From NCBI GenBank assembly GCA_050949505.1, contig JBMNFV010000001.1, positions 158,284-222,283 of the forward strand: a stretch of 64,000 nucleotides of DNA. The letters are read 5' to 3'. Both the position numbers and the translations under genes were made by a program. The notes beneath the pieces are model-generated. The model saw nothing but the letters and a program-made list of their open reading frames with translations, did no database searches and was not told where the DNA came from. Source of the DNA: Patescibacteria group bacterium (GTDB lineage Bacteria; Patescibacteriota; Patescibacteriia; Patescibacteriales; UBA12465). Of the stretch, positions 28,049 to 40,010 are shown piece after piece (positions within the stretch are counted from its first letter, which is position 1; each line of letters begins with the position of its first letter).

Positions 28049-29101
28049 ATGAAGATAGATAATATTTTTAAAGAAGCCGCTAAGCGACAAGCCTCAGATG
28101 TTCATTTAGTTTTTGGTCAACCACCAGTCTTGCGAATAGATGGCAGCCTAGTAGCTGCCCCAGAGTTACTTTCCAATCATCAAACGGTAACTGAAGAAGA
28201 CCTGCGAGAGGCCCTAGAAACAATGCTGTCAGAAAAAGAAATCAAGCGGCTATATGAGGATAGGGGCTTAGATTTAAGTTATCAGATCGCTGAAAATCGT
28301 TTTCGAGTTAACTGTGCCTTTGAGAAAGGGCAAATAATGATTTCCGCCCGAATTATTAAGGACCATGAGCCAACCCTAGAAGAACTAGGTTTTCCTCCCG
28401 TAGTAAAGAAATTATTAGATCTGCCCCAGGGCTTTATTCTCTTAACCGGACCAACTGGTTGTGGCAAATCAACTAGTCTAGCGGCGATGATTAATTACTT
28501 AAATAATCATTATGCTAAAAATATTATCACCCTAGAAGACCCGATTGAGTATGTATTTAAATCTAAAAAAAGTTTAGTAACTCAAAGACAATTAGGCACG
28601 GATGTTTTAAGTTTTGCCTCAGGTCTAAAGCATATCCTCCGTCAAGATCCGAATGTGATTATGTTAGGAGAAATGCGAGACCCGGAAACTATTGCCGCGG
28701 CAGTTACTTTGGCGGAAACTGGGCATTTGGTGTTGGCCACCTTACACACCCATAGTGCCGCTCAAACGATAGATAGAATTATTGATAGCTTCCCGCCTCA
28801 TCAACAGGCCCAAATTAAGTCACAATTATCTTTTGTATTGTCAGCAGTTATCTCTCAACGTCTTCTTTTGAGAAAATCGGGAGGACGAATTGCCGCCCGG
28901 GAGATATTGATTAACAATCCTGCGGTAGCTAATCTCATTCGGGAGGGCAAGCTAGCGCAAATAAAAAGCACCATAGAGACTAGTAGTTCCTTAGGAATGA
29001 TAACTATGGACAGACAAATTAAGGAACTATATCAGGCTGGAGAAATAGAGCGCCAGGAGGCAGAAAAGTATTTAGAAGAAAAGGATTATTTACCTAGTTA
29101 A
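28049..29101 (+). CDS. pilT: Type IV pilus retraction ATPase PilT
   Basis: 350 aa. Motifs: SDVHL, Walker A GPTGCGKST, ILRQDPNVIMLGEMRD, His box LATLHT. Confidence 0.9.
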   Translation: MKIDNIFKEAAKRQASDVHLVFGQPPVLRIDGSLVAAPELLSNHQTVTEEDLREALETMLSEKEIKRLYEDRGLDLSYQIAENRFRVNCAFEKGQIMISARIIKDHEPTLEELGFPPVVKKLLDLPQGFILLTGPTGCGKSTSLAAMINYLNNHYAKNIITLEDPIEYVFKSKKSLVTQRQLGTDVLSFASGLKHILRQDPNVIMLGEMRDPETIAAAVTLAETGHLVLATLHTHSAAQTIDRIIDSFPPHQQAQIKSQLSFVLSAVISQRLLLRKSGGRIAAREILINNPAVANLIREGKLAQIKSTIETSSSLGMITMDRQIKELYQAGEIERQEAEKYLEEKDYLPS

Positions 29102-29120
29102 GAATAATTATTTTAAAGAT

Positions 29121-29160
29121 AAAAAAATCGACCAGTTTAAAAATGCTGGTCGGTTTTTTT
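29121..29160. terminator. Bidirectional terminator between pilT and the convergent membrane-protein gene
   Basis: CGACCAG/CTGGTCG stem flanked by an A-run and a T-run. Confidence 0.75.
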
Positions 29161-29172
29161 AGGTATCAGTGA

Positions 29173-30624
29173 CTACTCAGAGAGAGGGGAGGGGATTTTT
29201 AGCTCGTAAAGTCTAATATTTTCATCAGTAACTACTCGACCCTCATTTTGAATTAGAAGAGTGAAGTCTGGATCGGTTAGTTTGAAATTGGTTACCACTA
29301 AAACGCTATCTGGAACAGGATTAAGTTTGGTGGCATAATTTAGAGCATTCTTTTTCTTTGTTTTTACTGAAGTGCTGTGGCTAAGGAGCCAATCTCGATC
29401 CCAGGTTATGAAAGTCACATTTTTATTACTACTAGACAAAAAGATGTCTTTGCCTGGTAGGTATGGAAGCAGGGCAGAAGCAAAGTGGTCAGCAAAAGAA
29501 ATAATAGGTTTGTCGCTTAAATTATTCTCCTTAATATAATTAGCAACTAGGCGACTATTAGAATAGGGATAACGGTAATTTAAGCATAGTGAGTAAGCTC
29601 CATAAATAGCACTAGTTAAAAAAGCAAAGCCAATAATAAAAGAGGCGACCTTAGCTAAGCGCGGGTTGGCTGGTTGTCCATCTCGTCCTAACCACCAGGA
29701 AAATAAAAAGAACACAAAAAACATGCCATAGTGGTAATTTAATCCAGTTAGCTTAAAGGTGAAAATAAAGCTAAGCCAGGCAAAGCTGAGCAGAAGGACT
29801 AGGCGGCTAGTATTGTTTCTTAGAGCAATTAACATGGAAACTAGCAAGCTAAACGATAGGCCGAGATAAACTCTTAACAGAGCTGAGAAGTCATTAAAAA
29901 AAGCAAAGAGCCCTCTAATAAAAGCTTCCAAAGCTCTATTCCAGCCTAGATAAATTAGACTGCCATGCATTTGACCATCAGAGCGCGGATAAAGCATTAA
30001 GAAGACGGCTAAGCTAGCAAGGCCCATTAAGGAGATTGCTAAGTAGTGCTTAGAAGGAATTTTCTTAAGAGAGCGATATTTTTTAATAATCTCAATCAAG
30101 AATAATAAGGCTAGCAGAGATCCAACTAAAGCGGTCTGTACACCACTCCAAGTTAAGAGAGAGACCAATAAGGCGTAGAGGATAGGCCTCTTGAATCTTT
30201 GTTGATAAAATAGGGCAACAAAAAATAGACATAAGGTCATTAAGGCATAGTGCCGAGAGACAACCGGATATTGGAAAATAAAATAAAAAGAGAAGGGAGC
30301 AAGAATTTTAGCGTATAAAGGTAGGGGGGATTTAAATAGTAATAAAAAGATAGCAGTCGCCATTATTAAATACACCAGTACTTGCTGCACCTCAAAGGGA
30401 GCCCCCAGGGCAGCAAAAGGGTGAAGAATGAGATGCCATAAAGGCGGGCAACCTTCAAAATGAGCCTGGCTAAGTAGTTGAGTAGCGCTGAGGTCTCTAG
30501 CTAAAAGCCAGCTTTGTGATTCATCGCGCCAGGGAATATGACGACTAGCCATTACTCCCGTAATAATTAAATAAACAATGAAGATTAGAGAGAGAAATTT
30601 TTTGGAACGAAAAAAGCTTTTCAT
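29173..30624 (-). CDS. Polytopic membrane protein, GT-C-like glycosyltransferase candidate
   Basis: 483 aa with about 11 hydrophobic segments and a C-terminal soluble ~100 aa. The first-loop PWRDESQSW resembles the DE motif of GT-C (ArnT/PMT-type) enzymes. Confidence 0.5.
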   Translation of the reverse strand: MKSFFRSKKFLSLIFIVYLIITGVMASRHIPWRDESQSWLLARDLSATQLLSQAHFEGCPPLWHLILHPFAALGAPFEVQQVLVYLIMATAIFLLLFKSPLPLYAKILAPFSFYFIFQYPVVSRHYALMTLCLFFVALFYQQRFKRPILYALLVSLLTWSGVQTALVGSLLALLFLIEIIKKYRSLKKIPSKHYLAISLMGLASLAVFLMLYPRSDGQMHGSLIYLGWNRALEAFIRGLFAFFNDFSALLRVYLGLSFSLLVSMLIALRNNTSRLVLLLSFAWLSFIFTFKLTGLNYHYGMFFVFFLFSWWLGRDGQPANPRLAKVASFIIGFAFLTSAIYGAYSLCLNYRYPYSNSRLVANYIKENNLSDKPIISFADHFASALLPYLPGKDIFLSSSNKNVTFITWDRDWLLSHSTSVKTKKKNALNYATKLNPVPDSVLVVTNFKLTDPDFTLLIQNEGRVVTDENIRLYELKIPSPLSE

Positions 30625-30669
30625 AGAAAATTAAAAAATAATAAATAATTCTATAATAGTAGCAGACAG

Positions 30670-32154
30670 CTAAGTTGTCTTTTCTTCATGATATTCACTT
30701 TCAGTATTAACATTCCAAACATTAGACTTATCTTTAATATTATTTTTAATATTACCAACAGCGGTAATAGCACTAAGAATAGAGTGGTCCATATTATTGT
30801 AGCGGTGCTGACCATTACGCCCAATTAGGAATAAGTTATCAAAATTATTAAGATAGTTTTTTATCTTATCTAATTCTCGATAGCTGCCAAAGTATGAAGG
30901 ATAGGCTTTTTCTTGTTTCCAGACAAAGCCAGTTCTAAAATCGCTATCGTTAGCAATCCCCATTTCCGCTAATTCTCGTTTAGCTAAAGAAATAATTTTA
31001 TCTTCAGCGGTTAACCAGAACTCATCGTCTTCATCGCAAAAAAATTCAGTGGCTATTAAGACTTTATTAGGATCTTTTAACATTTTGGGGCTAAAATTGT
31101 TGAAAATAGAAATTCTTCCCATCTTCACTCCATCCTCTTGAATGTAAAGCCAGTTGTCAGCAATTAATCCAGGGGTGTTAATAGACTGATGCTTGGAACT
31201 TAATAACAATTTATCGTAAACTAAGGGAACTAAAATTAAGCTTCGATAAGAAAGCTCAGCCCCTATTTTCCTTAGATCCGCTGGCATATTTTCAAAGCCA
31301 GCAGTTAGAGAGCTAATTGGTTGACTAGAGAAAAAATAATCCCCAGAATAGGTACTAGTTTCTTGAGTTAGGCTATTAAAGGCGGTTACAGACTTAACTT
31401 TAACGGAGTCAGAGTGATAGTCTTTAACAGTGGTGTTAAAAATAATTTCACCACCCTGATCAATCACCCTCTTAGCCATTTCTTCATAAATTTGGCCGGC
31501 TCCATAACTAGGAAAAAAGAACGAATCAATTAAGCTAGTTTCCTTGGATTGATCTTTAACTTTAAACATGGATTTTAGAGAACTGGTAATAACTTTAGAT
31601 AAAGATAGCCCCTTTACCCTTTGTGCTCCCCAGTCTTTAGGGATTTCCTGACAAGGAATACCCCAAACTTTCTCAGTGTAATTCTTAAAAAAGGTTTGAT
31701 AGAGCTCTCTACCAAAGCGGTTAATAAAAAAGTCCTCTAAACTCTCTTCGTTTTTGATAGGGGAAATTTTAGCACGTAGGTAGCTAAAAAATATTTTTAA
31801 ACTCTTTAAAAACCCTAAAGACTTTAAGGTTTGAAAGCTAAGAGTTACTGGATAGTTAAATAGTTTTTTATTGTAATAGATTCTAGACAAACGATTTACC
31901 ACTAACATTTTTTCTGGAGCAACTGGTAAAACCTCTTCCCATAATTTAGCGACGGCGGGAGACTTGGTAAAAAAACGATGAGAGCCAATATCAAATAACC
32001 AATCATCACGGTTAACAGTTTTAGAGATACCGCCTACCTGAGAGTCTTTTTCTAAAATAATTGGCTTTATATTAATTTTTAATAATTCATAGGCAGCGGT
32101 TAATCCAGCTGGTCCGGCTCCAGAGATAATGGCAATTTTATCAAACTTTTTCAT
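30670..32154 (-). CDS. FAD/NAD(P)-binding oxidoreductase (amine-oxidase / UDP-galactopyranose-mutase-like superfamily)
   Basis: N-terminal Rossmann motif [24 protein letters not shown]-terminal [15 protein letters not shown] set the start at ATG 32154, whereas the track uses TTG 32160. Confidence 0.75.
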   Translation of the reverse strand: MKKFDKIAIISGAGPAGLTAAYELLKINIKPIILEKDSQVGGISKTVNRDDWLFDIGSHRFFTKSPAVAKLWEEVLPVAPEKMLVVNRLSRIYYNKKLFNYPVTLSFQTLKSLGFLKSLKIFFSYLRAKISPIKNEESLEDFFINRFGRELYQTFFKNYTEKVWGIPCQEIPKDWGAQRVKGLSLSKVITSSLKSMFKVKDQSKETSLIDSFFFPSYGAGQIYEEMAKRVIDQGGEIIFNTTVKDYHSDSVKVKSVTAFNSLTQETSTYSGDYFFSSQPISSLTAGFENMPADLRKIGAELSYRSLILVPLVYDKLLLSSKHQSINTPGLIADNWLYIQEDGVKMGRISIFNNFSPKMLKDPNKVLIATEFFCDEDDEFWLTAEDKIISLAKRELAEMGIANDSDFRTGFVWKQEKAYPSYFGSYRELDKIKNYLNNFDNLFLIGRNGQHRYNNMDHSILSAITAVGNIKNNIKDKSNVWNVNTESEYHEEKTT

Positions 32155-32319
32155 AAGCAAGTAAATTAAGTTAATAAAAAAAGATAAATAATATAATATT
32201 TTTTCTAGCTGCCCAGCATTTATTATATAGAAAAAAGTGGCTTTAGTAAAGGTTAAAAATAAAAAATATAAATTTTTAAAAAGCTAATATTGCCACTTAT
32301 TTTTAACTTAAAAATACTC

Positions 32320-32347
32320 TTGACATTATTTTTAAAATCTGTATAAT
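32320..32347 (+). promoter_or_regulatory. Strong promoter of the 23S-5S operon
   Basis: TTGACA (32320-32325), 16 nt spacer, TATAAT (32342-32347). Confidence 0.65.
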
Positions 32348-32456
32348 TAATAACAGTTAAAAAGGAGTAAAAAAATTAAGGAAATTATGAGAGAATTGAT
32401 TAATCATCATTTTTATCAGCGAGTCTAAATCTAAGCAATTTTTGCTGACCATTTAG

Positions 32457-32479
32457 AACCGCTTATCCGCGGTTTTTTT
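32457..32479 (+). promoter_or_regulatory. Terminator-shaped hairpin in the rRNA leader (boxB-like element or attenuator)
   Basis: AACCGC (32457-32462) / GCGGTT (32469-32474), running into a T run of seven (32473-32479). Confidence 0.5.
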
Positions 32480-32491
32480 GCACCTTGCGAA

Positions 32492-32500
32492 CCTTAACAA
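32492..32500 (+). promoter_or_regulatory. boxA-like antitermination element
   Basis: CCTTAACAA compared with E. coli boxA ...CTTTAACAA (8 of 9 from memory). Lies 12 nt after the leader hairpin. Confidence 0.5.
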
Positions 32501-32511
32501 TCGACGTTAAA
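32496..32511 (+). other. 5' strand of the outer 23S precursor processing stem
   Basis: AACAATCGACGTTAAA is complementary to TTTAACGTCGATTTGTT at 35691-35707 (one extra T). Confidence 0.7.
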
Positions 32512-32627
32512 GTAAAGACATCAAAAATATAAGTAATCTAATGTCTTGTTGTTTAAGTTCGTATTTTTCGTCCGAACTTAAAATGCTGTGACAAGATATT
32601 AAAGCCACACTTTAGTAGCTTAAAAAT

Positions 32628-35663
<3,036 letters not shown>

Positions 35664-35690
35664 GTTTTTAGATTACCGTATTTTCTCTAT

Positions 35691-35707
35691 TTTAACGTCG
35701 ATTTGTT
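35691..35707 (+). other. 3' strand of the outer 23S processing stem, in the 23S-5S spacer
   Basis: Complement of 32496-32511. Confidence 0.7.
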
Positions 35708-35722
35708 ATAAAAAACGCTATT

Positions 35723-35840
35723 GTTCTGGTGGTTTTAGCGGAGGGGTCACACCTGATCCCTTCCCGAACTCAGAAGTTAAGCCCTCCAGCGCTGATGATA
35801 CTTGGGCCTGAGCCCTGGGAAAGTAGGTCGCCGCCAGAAC
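35723..35840 (+). rRNA. rrf: 5S ribosomal RNA
   Basis: GTTCTGGTGG...CGCCAGAAC terminal helix. Internal CCGAACTCAGAAGTTAAGC and GGGAAAGTAGGTCGCCGCCAG. Confidence 0.9.
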
Positions 35841-35885
35841 AATGGTGTTTTTTAATCGGAATTATCTGATTTCAGAAATCATGTC

Positions 35886-35918
35886 AAAAATCATCTCTCT
35901 TTAGGGGTGATTTTTTGT
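35886..35918 (+). terminator. Terminator after 5S
   Basis: AAATCATC / GGTGATTT stem (one G-U pair) followed by TTTTTT. Confidence 0.6.
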
Positions 35919-35996
35919 ATATTTTGCTTTTTTGGGAAAAAATTGATAAAATAACATTAGATTTAGAAAAAGAATACTCTAATTAAAATTATTATT

Positions 35997-36752
35997 ATGA
36001 CACGAATAGTTATTTTAGCGGCTGGCAAGGGAACACGAATGAATGTTAATTTGCCTAAGGTATTAGTTAAATTAAATGGTTTGCCGATGATTAGATACCT
36101 AATGGACTCAGTGGCTATGTCGGGAGTAGATCAGCAACCACTCATAATTGTCTCAGCAGATAATAAGGAAATTATTAGTCAGGAGCTTCAGGACTACTCG
36201 GCTCAATACGTGATTCAAGACAAACAATTAGGTACGGGGCATGCGGTGGCTTGCGCCTTAGAGGCACTAGCCAAGGACAGGCAGCAACCGGATAAGGTAG
36301 TGGTGTTTTATGGTGACCATCCTTTTGTTAGCGCTAGAACAGTTAGAGAATTAGCTAAAGAGGAGCCAGAGGCCCTAACTATTACCTCGGTTAAGGTTAA
36401 TAATTATGAAGGTTGGCATCGGAACTTTTATCACTGGGGGCGAGTAATTAGGGGAATAGAGGATAAGGTGGAGAGAGTGGTAGAACTAAAAGAGGCCAGT
36501 GAGGCAGAGAAAGAGATTCAAGAGGTTAATGGAGGTTTTATGTGCCTTAACTTCGCTTGGGCCAAGGAGGCGGTTAAGCGAATTAATAATCAGAACAGTC
36601 AGCAGGAATATTATTTAACCGATTTAGTGAAGTTAGCAGTTGATGATTGGAAGCCAGTTAGCATTTTTTCAGTAGAGCCTCATGAGGCTATGGGAATTAA
36701 TAGTTTAGAGGAATTAAGATTAGCCGAGGGCTTGCTCAAAGAGGGCCGATAA
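35997..36752 (+). CDS. Sugar-1-phosphate nucleotidyltransferase (GlmU N-terminal-domain-like, no acetyltransferase half)
   Basis: 251 aa. Motifs: ILAAGKGTRMNVNLPKVL, QLGTGHAV, YGDHP. It ends before any left-handed beta-helix hexapeptide region. Confidence 0.8.
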   Translation: MTRIVILAAGKGTRMNVNLPKVLVKLNGLPMIRYLMDSVAMSGVDQQPLIIVSADNKEIISQELQDYSAQYVIQDKQLGTGHAVACALEALAKDRQQPDKVVVFYGDHPFVSARTVRELAKEEPEALTITSVKVNNYEGWHRNFYHWGRVIRGIEDKVERVVELKEASEAEKEIQEVNGGFMCLNFAWAKEAVKRINNQNSQQEYYLTDLVKLAVDDWKPVSIFSVEPHEAMGINSLEELRLAEGLLKEGR

Positions 36753-36771
36753 TTATTTAAACAAAACAGCT

Positions 36772-37338
36772 ATGATGGGAGTAGGGAGAACATTATTTTG
36801 GATAGCGGTAGTAGTTGTTTTTTTATCTTTGTCAGGGATAGCGACTACCTTCTATGAAACAGACCTGGGGGAACAGGCAGACTTAAAGAGTAGTCAATTA
36901 ATAGCGAAAGGGCAGGCGGCAGTTTTAAGTTTCGTTAATTTTGCTAGTAATTTAGCCAAAAGCCAGGAAGGGACGGAGGCAGTGAAGAGTTCTTCTCGGG
37001 GAATAAAAGGCTTTTATCAAAGCCTTAAGGATATTTTTTTAGCGGCAATTAAAGGACGAGACTTAGAAGAGACAGCTGAAACTATTTCTACCGAAGATCT
37101 TTTAGATAGCAATCAGCAGAATTTTAGTGAATTAATAGAATTAGGAGCAGAAACTTTTTCGGGGGAAATAAATATATTTAATCAAGAAAATTATCAAGAC
37201 CAAATAGAGGCAGTTGCTCAGCCACTGTTTTCTTATGAGAAATCACCTCAGGGGGCTAAATTAGTAATACAATTTAAAGATAAAAGATATACTTTACCAG
37301 TCCCTTTTTCAGCCTGGCTATCTAAGTCAGTTGATTAA
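36772..37338 (+). CDS. Hypothetical membrane-anchored protein
   Basis: 188 aa with a single N-terminal TM (LFWIAVVVVFLSLSGIATTF). The rest is unrecognised. Confidence 0.5.
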   Translation: MMGVGRTLFWIAVVVVFLSLSGIATTFYETDLGEQADLKSSQLIAKGQAAVLSFVNFASNLAKSQEGTEAVKSSSRGIKGFYQSLKDIFLAAIKGRDLEETAETISTEDLLDSNQQNFSELIELGAETFSGEINIFNQENYQDQIEAVAQPLFSYEKSPQGAKLVIQFKDKRYTLPVPFSAWLSKSVD

Positions 37339-37408
37339 ATGGGGTAAAGGGTGGTAAAAAAGTTTAGTCAATTATTAATTTTTTTTTATAATAAAATCAG
37401 ACTCAATT

Positions 37409-37417
37409 TGATATAAT
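37409..37417 (+). promoter_or_regulatory. Extended -10 promoter element upstream of recA
   Basis: TGATATAAT matches TGnTATAAT and lies 31 nt before the recA ATG. Confidence 0.35.
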
Positions 37418-37447
37418 CAAGTTGTTAATAAATTAAATAATAAAATT

Positions 37448-38491
37448 ATGTCTAAAGAAAAAACTAAGCGAACTAATCCAGATAAGGGAGAGAATAAAGA
37501 TAAAAAAGAAGAAGCGGCTGAGCAGGCGATAGAGCAAATTCGCAGCAAGTTTGGTGAGGGCGCAATTATGCGTTTTGGTGATGCCAGAAAAACTAATGTT
37601 GATGTTATTTCCACTGGCTGCCTATCACTAGACCTGGCTCTAGGAATAGGGGGAGTGCCCAGAGGAAGGATTATAGAGATTTACGGACCCGAGTCATCAG
37701 GAAAGACCACTCTCGCCCAGCACATTGTTGCTGAAGTGCAAAAAACAGGTGGAATAGCTGCCTTTGTTGATGCGGAGCATGCTCTAGACCCAGACTATGC
37801 GACTAGAATTGGAGTTAATATCAAGGAGATGTTGCTATCTCAACCAGATAGCGGAGAGCAGGCACTGGACATTGTAGAGACTCTAGTGAGGTCTAATGCA
37901 GTTGATGTGGTGGTAGTTGATAGCGTAGCCGCCTTAGTTCCGCAGAAGGAAATAGAGGGCGATATGGGGGATCAGCACATGGGACTACAGGCCAGACTAA
38001 TGAGTCAGGCGTTACGAAAACTAACAGCTATAGTTTCTAAGTCAAAGACGGTTGTTATTTTCATTAATCAAATTAGAAATAAGATTGGGGTTTTCTTTGG
38101 TAATCCCGAGACTACCTCAGGAGGTAATGCCCTAAAGTTCTATAGCTCAGTTAGATTAGAAATTCGTCGGGCAGCACAAATTAAACAGGGAGATAAAATT
38201 ATTGGTAACCGCGTTAAGGTCAAGGTGGTAAAAAACAAGGTGGCGGCTCCTTTCCGGGTTTGTGAATTTGACATTATGTACAATCAAGGAATTTCTTTAG
38301 CGGGAGACTTACTAGACTTAGGGGTAGAGCGGGAGGTTATTAAAAAAAGTGGCAATAGCTACTCCTTTGGAGAGATAAAGTTAGGACTAGGCAGAGAAAC
38401 GGCTAAAAAGTTTTTAGTAGAGGATAAGAAGTTAATGGCAGAAATTAGAAAAGCTATTTTAGCAGCAATTAAAAAAGAGAGCGCAGAATAA
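37448..38491 (+). CDS. recA: Recombinase RecA
   Basis: 347 aa. Walker [10 protein letters not shown], plus FVDAEHALD and the L1/L2 regions. Confidence 0.95.
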   Translation: MSKEKTKRTNPDKGENKDKKEEAAEQAIEQIRSKFGEGAIMRFGDARKTNVDVISTGCLSLDLALGIGGVPRGRIIEIYGPESSGKTTLAQHIVAEVQKTGGIAAFVDAEHALDPDYATRIGVNIKEMLLSQPDSGEQALDIVETLVRSNAVDVVVVDSVAALVPQKEIEGDMGDQHMGLQARLMSQALRKLTAIVSKSKTVVIFINQIRNKIGVFFGNPETTSGGNALKFYSSVRLEIRRAAQIKQGDKIIGNRVKVKVVKNKVAAPFRVCEFDIMYNQGISLAGDLLDLGVEREVIKKSGNSYSFGEIKLGLGRETAKKFLVEDKKLMAEIRKAILAAIKKESAE

Positions 38492-38520
38492 ATAGGAGAG
38501 ATAGTCAGTAAAAAAGGCTA

Positions 38521-38557
38521 GCCAAAAATAAACAGCTAGTCTTTTTTGTTAGCCAAA
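38521..38557 (+). terminator. Terminator after recA
   Basis: GGCTAGC / GCTAGTC stem followed by TTTTTT. Confidence 0.65.
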
Positions 38558-38600
38558 ACCATTAAAAGAGCCAGCTAAAAGTCTAAGAATTAAAAACCCC

Positions 38601-38629
38601 TTGACTTTCTGATAAATTAATGCTGTAAT
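38601..38629 (+). promoter_or_regulatory. Promoter of orphan gene 38694..39974
   Basis: TTGACT (38601-38606), 17 nt spacer, TGTAAT (38624-38629), preceded by AAAACCCC. Confidence 0.45.
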
Positions 38630-38693
38630 ATTAGGAAAAATAAAATTAGTTATTTAACAATATAAACAAAAAGCCCAAAGGAGGGGGTAAGTT

Positions 38694-39974
38694 ATGGAAA
38701 CAGTATTGAAACTAGAAACAGCCATTAATCTTGGTTGGTCATCATTTGAGCTAGAGATTATTCTCAACAGCTTAGATGGTAAAGAGTTTGTTAAGGGTTG
38801 TGAGGTCCTGCAAAAGGTCCCCTCAATGAGGGGTTATGCCTTAAACCTGCTTAGCAGGTTAAAGGCAGAAAGCATTTCAGCAAATTTTTCTGAAGTGCTA
38901 GGCTTGCTAAAATCCGAGCGCGACTCTTTGCGCACGGTAGCGATAGAGAACTTACAAAAACTTTCTAGCCAAGAGCTAGTTAGTAATCTTGATAAACTCT
39001 TGATGGGCCTACAGTCTCAATATTTTTTCATTCGCTTCTATTCAGAAGAGCTGATAGAAAAAATAGAGCTAAGAGACCTTAGGGCTCAAAAAGAGGTAGT
39101 TATTAGCAATTTTATAGAAAACTATTTAGCGGCTAATAATGACTCAACAGGGATATTTGTGGACTGGAGAAGAACCATCGCTAAACTCTTAGACGAGCTG
39201 CTAAGAGAACTCTCGGCAGAAGAGACAAGAGAATATGAAAAACTCCTTAAAATTACGAAAGATATACCTTCCCTAAAAGTGGCGACTGCAATCTGTCATC
39301 TTAAGGAGATGTACTTTCAAATAAGAAGCGAGGGCAAGAGTCTGAGCTTGTTATGGAAGAAACTCTCTTCTTATGAAAAGTGGGGAGATGAGGAAGTTGT
39401 AGAGAAAGTAGCTAGGATAAAGATCCAAGCTATTGCCGCTCTACCAAAAGAGGAGCAGGCAGCCTATTTGGACTATCTAGTTCAAATAAGTAGGTCTTTT
39501 TACCCAGTAATAAGCCTGGGGGCTAAAGAGATGGCTTTAGGCATCCTAGCAAATAATCCAGAAATAGCCTCAGGGCAGCTAAAGTTTATTCTGGATGTTT
39601 GGGAGGATGAAAATTATTTTCTTCGCTGTCAAGCGAAGAGGATAGTTAAGTCATTCTCGTTAGCTGATTGGGTGGGTAATTTACCAGAACTGCTAGTTCG
39701 CTATGAACGGGCAGGGCGAGATCTGAGGAAGTTGATCAAAAACTCCTTTAATCAACCGGGGGTTGAAAGCTTTTTAGATAGAGAGTTTTTAAAAAGAGCT
39801 CTAGAAGCTCAACGGTCAATTGATGAAGATTATCGTCAGTTTGCCAGAGAGCAGGCTTTAAAGATTTCTAATGATCAGCTTAATCAAGTTAACAAATTGT
39901 TAGAGAGATTAAGCAAGGAAAAGCAAAAATACACCTCTCGTTTAGCGAGAGAGTTGTTGGAAAAAATAAAATAA
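38694..39974 (+). CDS. Hypothetical all-helical (possibly HEAT/ARM-like repeat) cytoplasmic protein
   Basis: 426 aa with no TM or signal peptide and no recognised catalytic motif. An unusually strong SD (AAGGAGGGGG, 38678-38687) precedes the ATG. Confidence 0.6.
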   Translation: METVLKLETAINLGWSSFELEIILNSLDGKEFVKGCEVLQKVPSMRGYALNLLSRLKAESISANFSEVLGLLKSERDSLRTVAIENLQKLSSQELVSNLDKLLMGLQSQYFFIRFYSEELIEKIELRDLRAQKEVVISNFIENYLAANNDSTGIFVDWRRTIAKLLDELLRELSAEETREYEKLLKITKDIPSLKVATAICHLKEMYFQIRSEGKSLSLLWKKLSSYEKWGDEEVVEKVARIKIQAIAALPKEEQAAYLDYLVQISRSFYPVISLGAKEMALGILANNPEIASGQLKFILDVWEDENYFLRCQAKRIVKSFSLADWVGNLPELLVRYERAGRDLRKLIKNSFNQPGVESFLDREFLKRALEAQRSIDEDYRQFAREQALKISNDQLNQVNKLLERLSKEKQKYTSRLARELLEKIK

Positions 39975-39978
39975 AATA

Positions 39979-40010
39979 TAATTCCGAGAGATAATCTCGG
40001 AATTTTTTTT
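39979..40010. terminator. Bidirectional terminator between 38694..39974 and adk
   Basis: ATTCCGAGA / TCTCGGAAT perfect 9-bp stem followed by T8. Confidence 0.8.

Noticed and set aside
32387-32428. 13-codon ORF (MRELINHHFYQRV) in the rRNA leader as a genuine attenuation leader peptide
   Set aside because: It sits between a promoter and a terminator-like hairpin and has an SD-like AAGGA. However, a regulatory peptide in an rRNA leader has no precedent I know of, and the ORF is too short to distinguish from chance. It is mentioned under the leader finding only.
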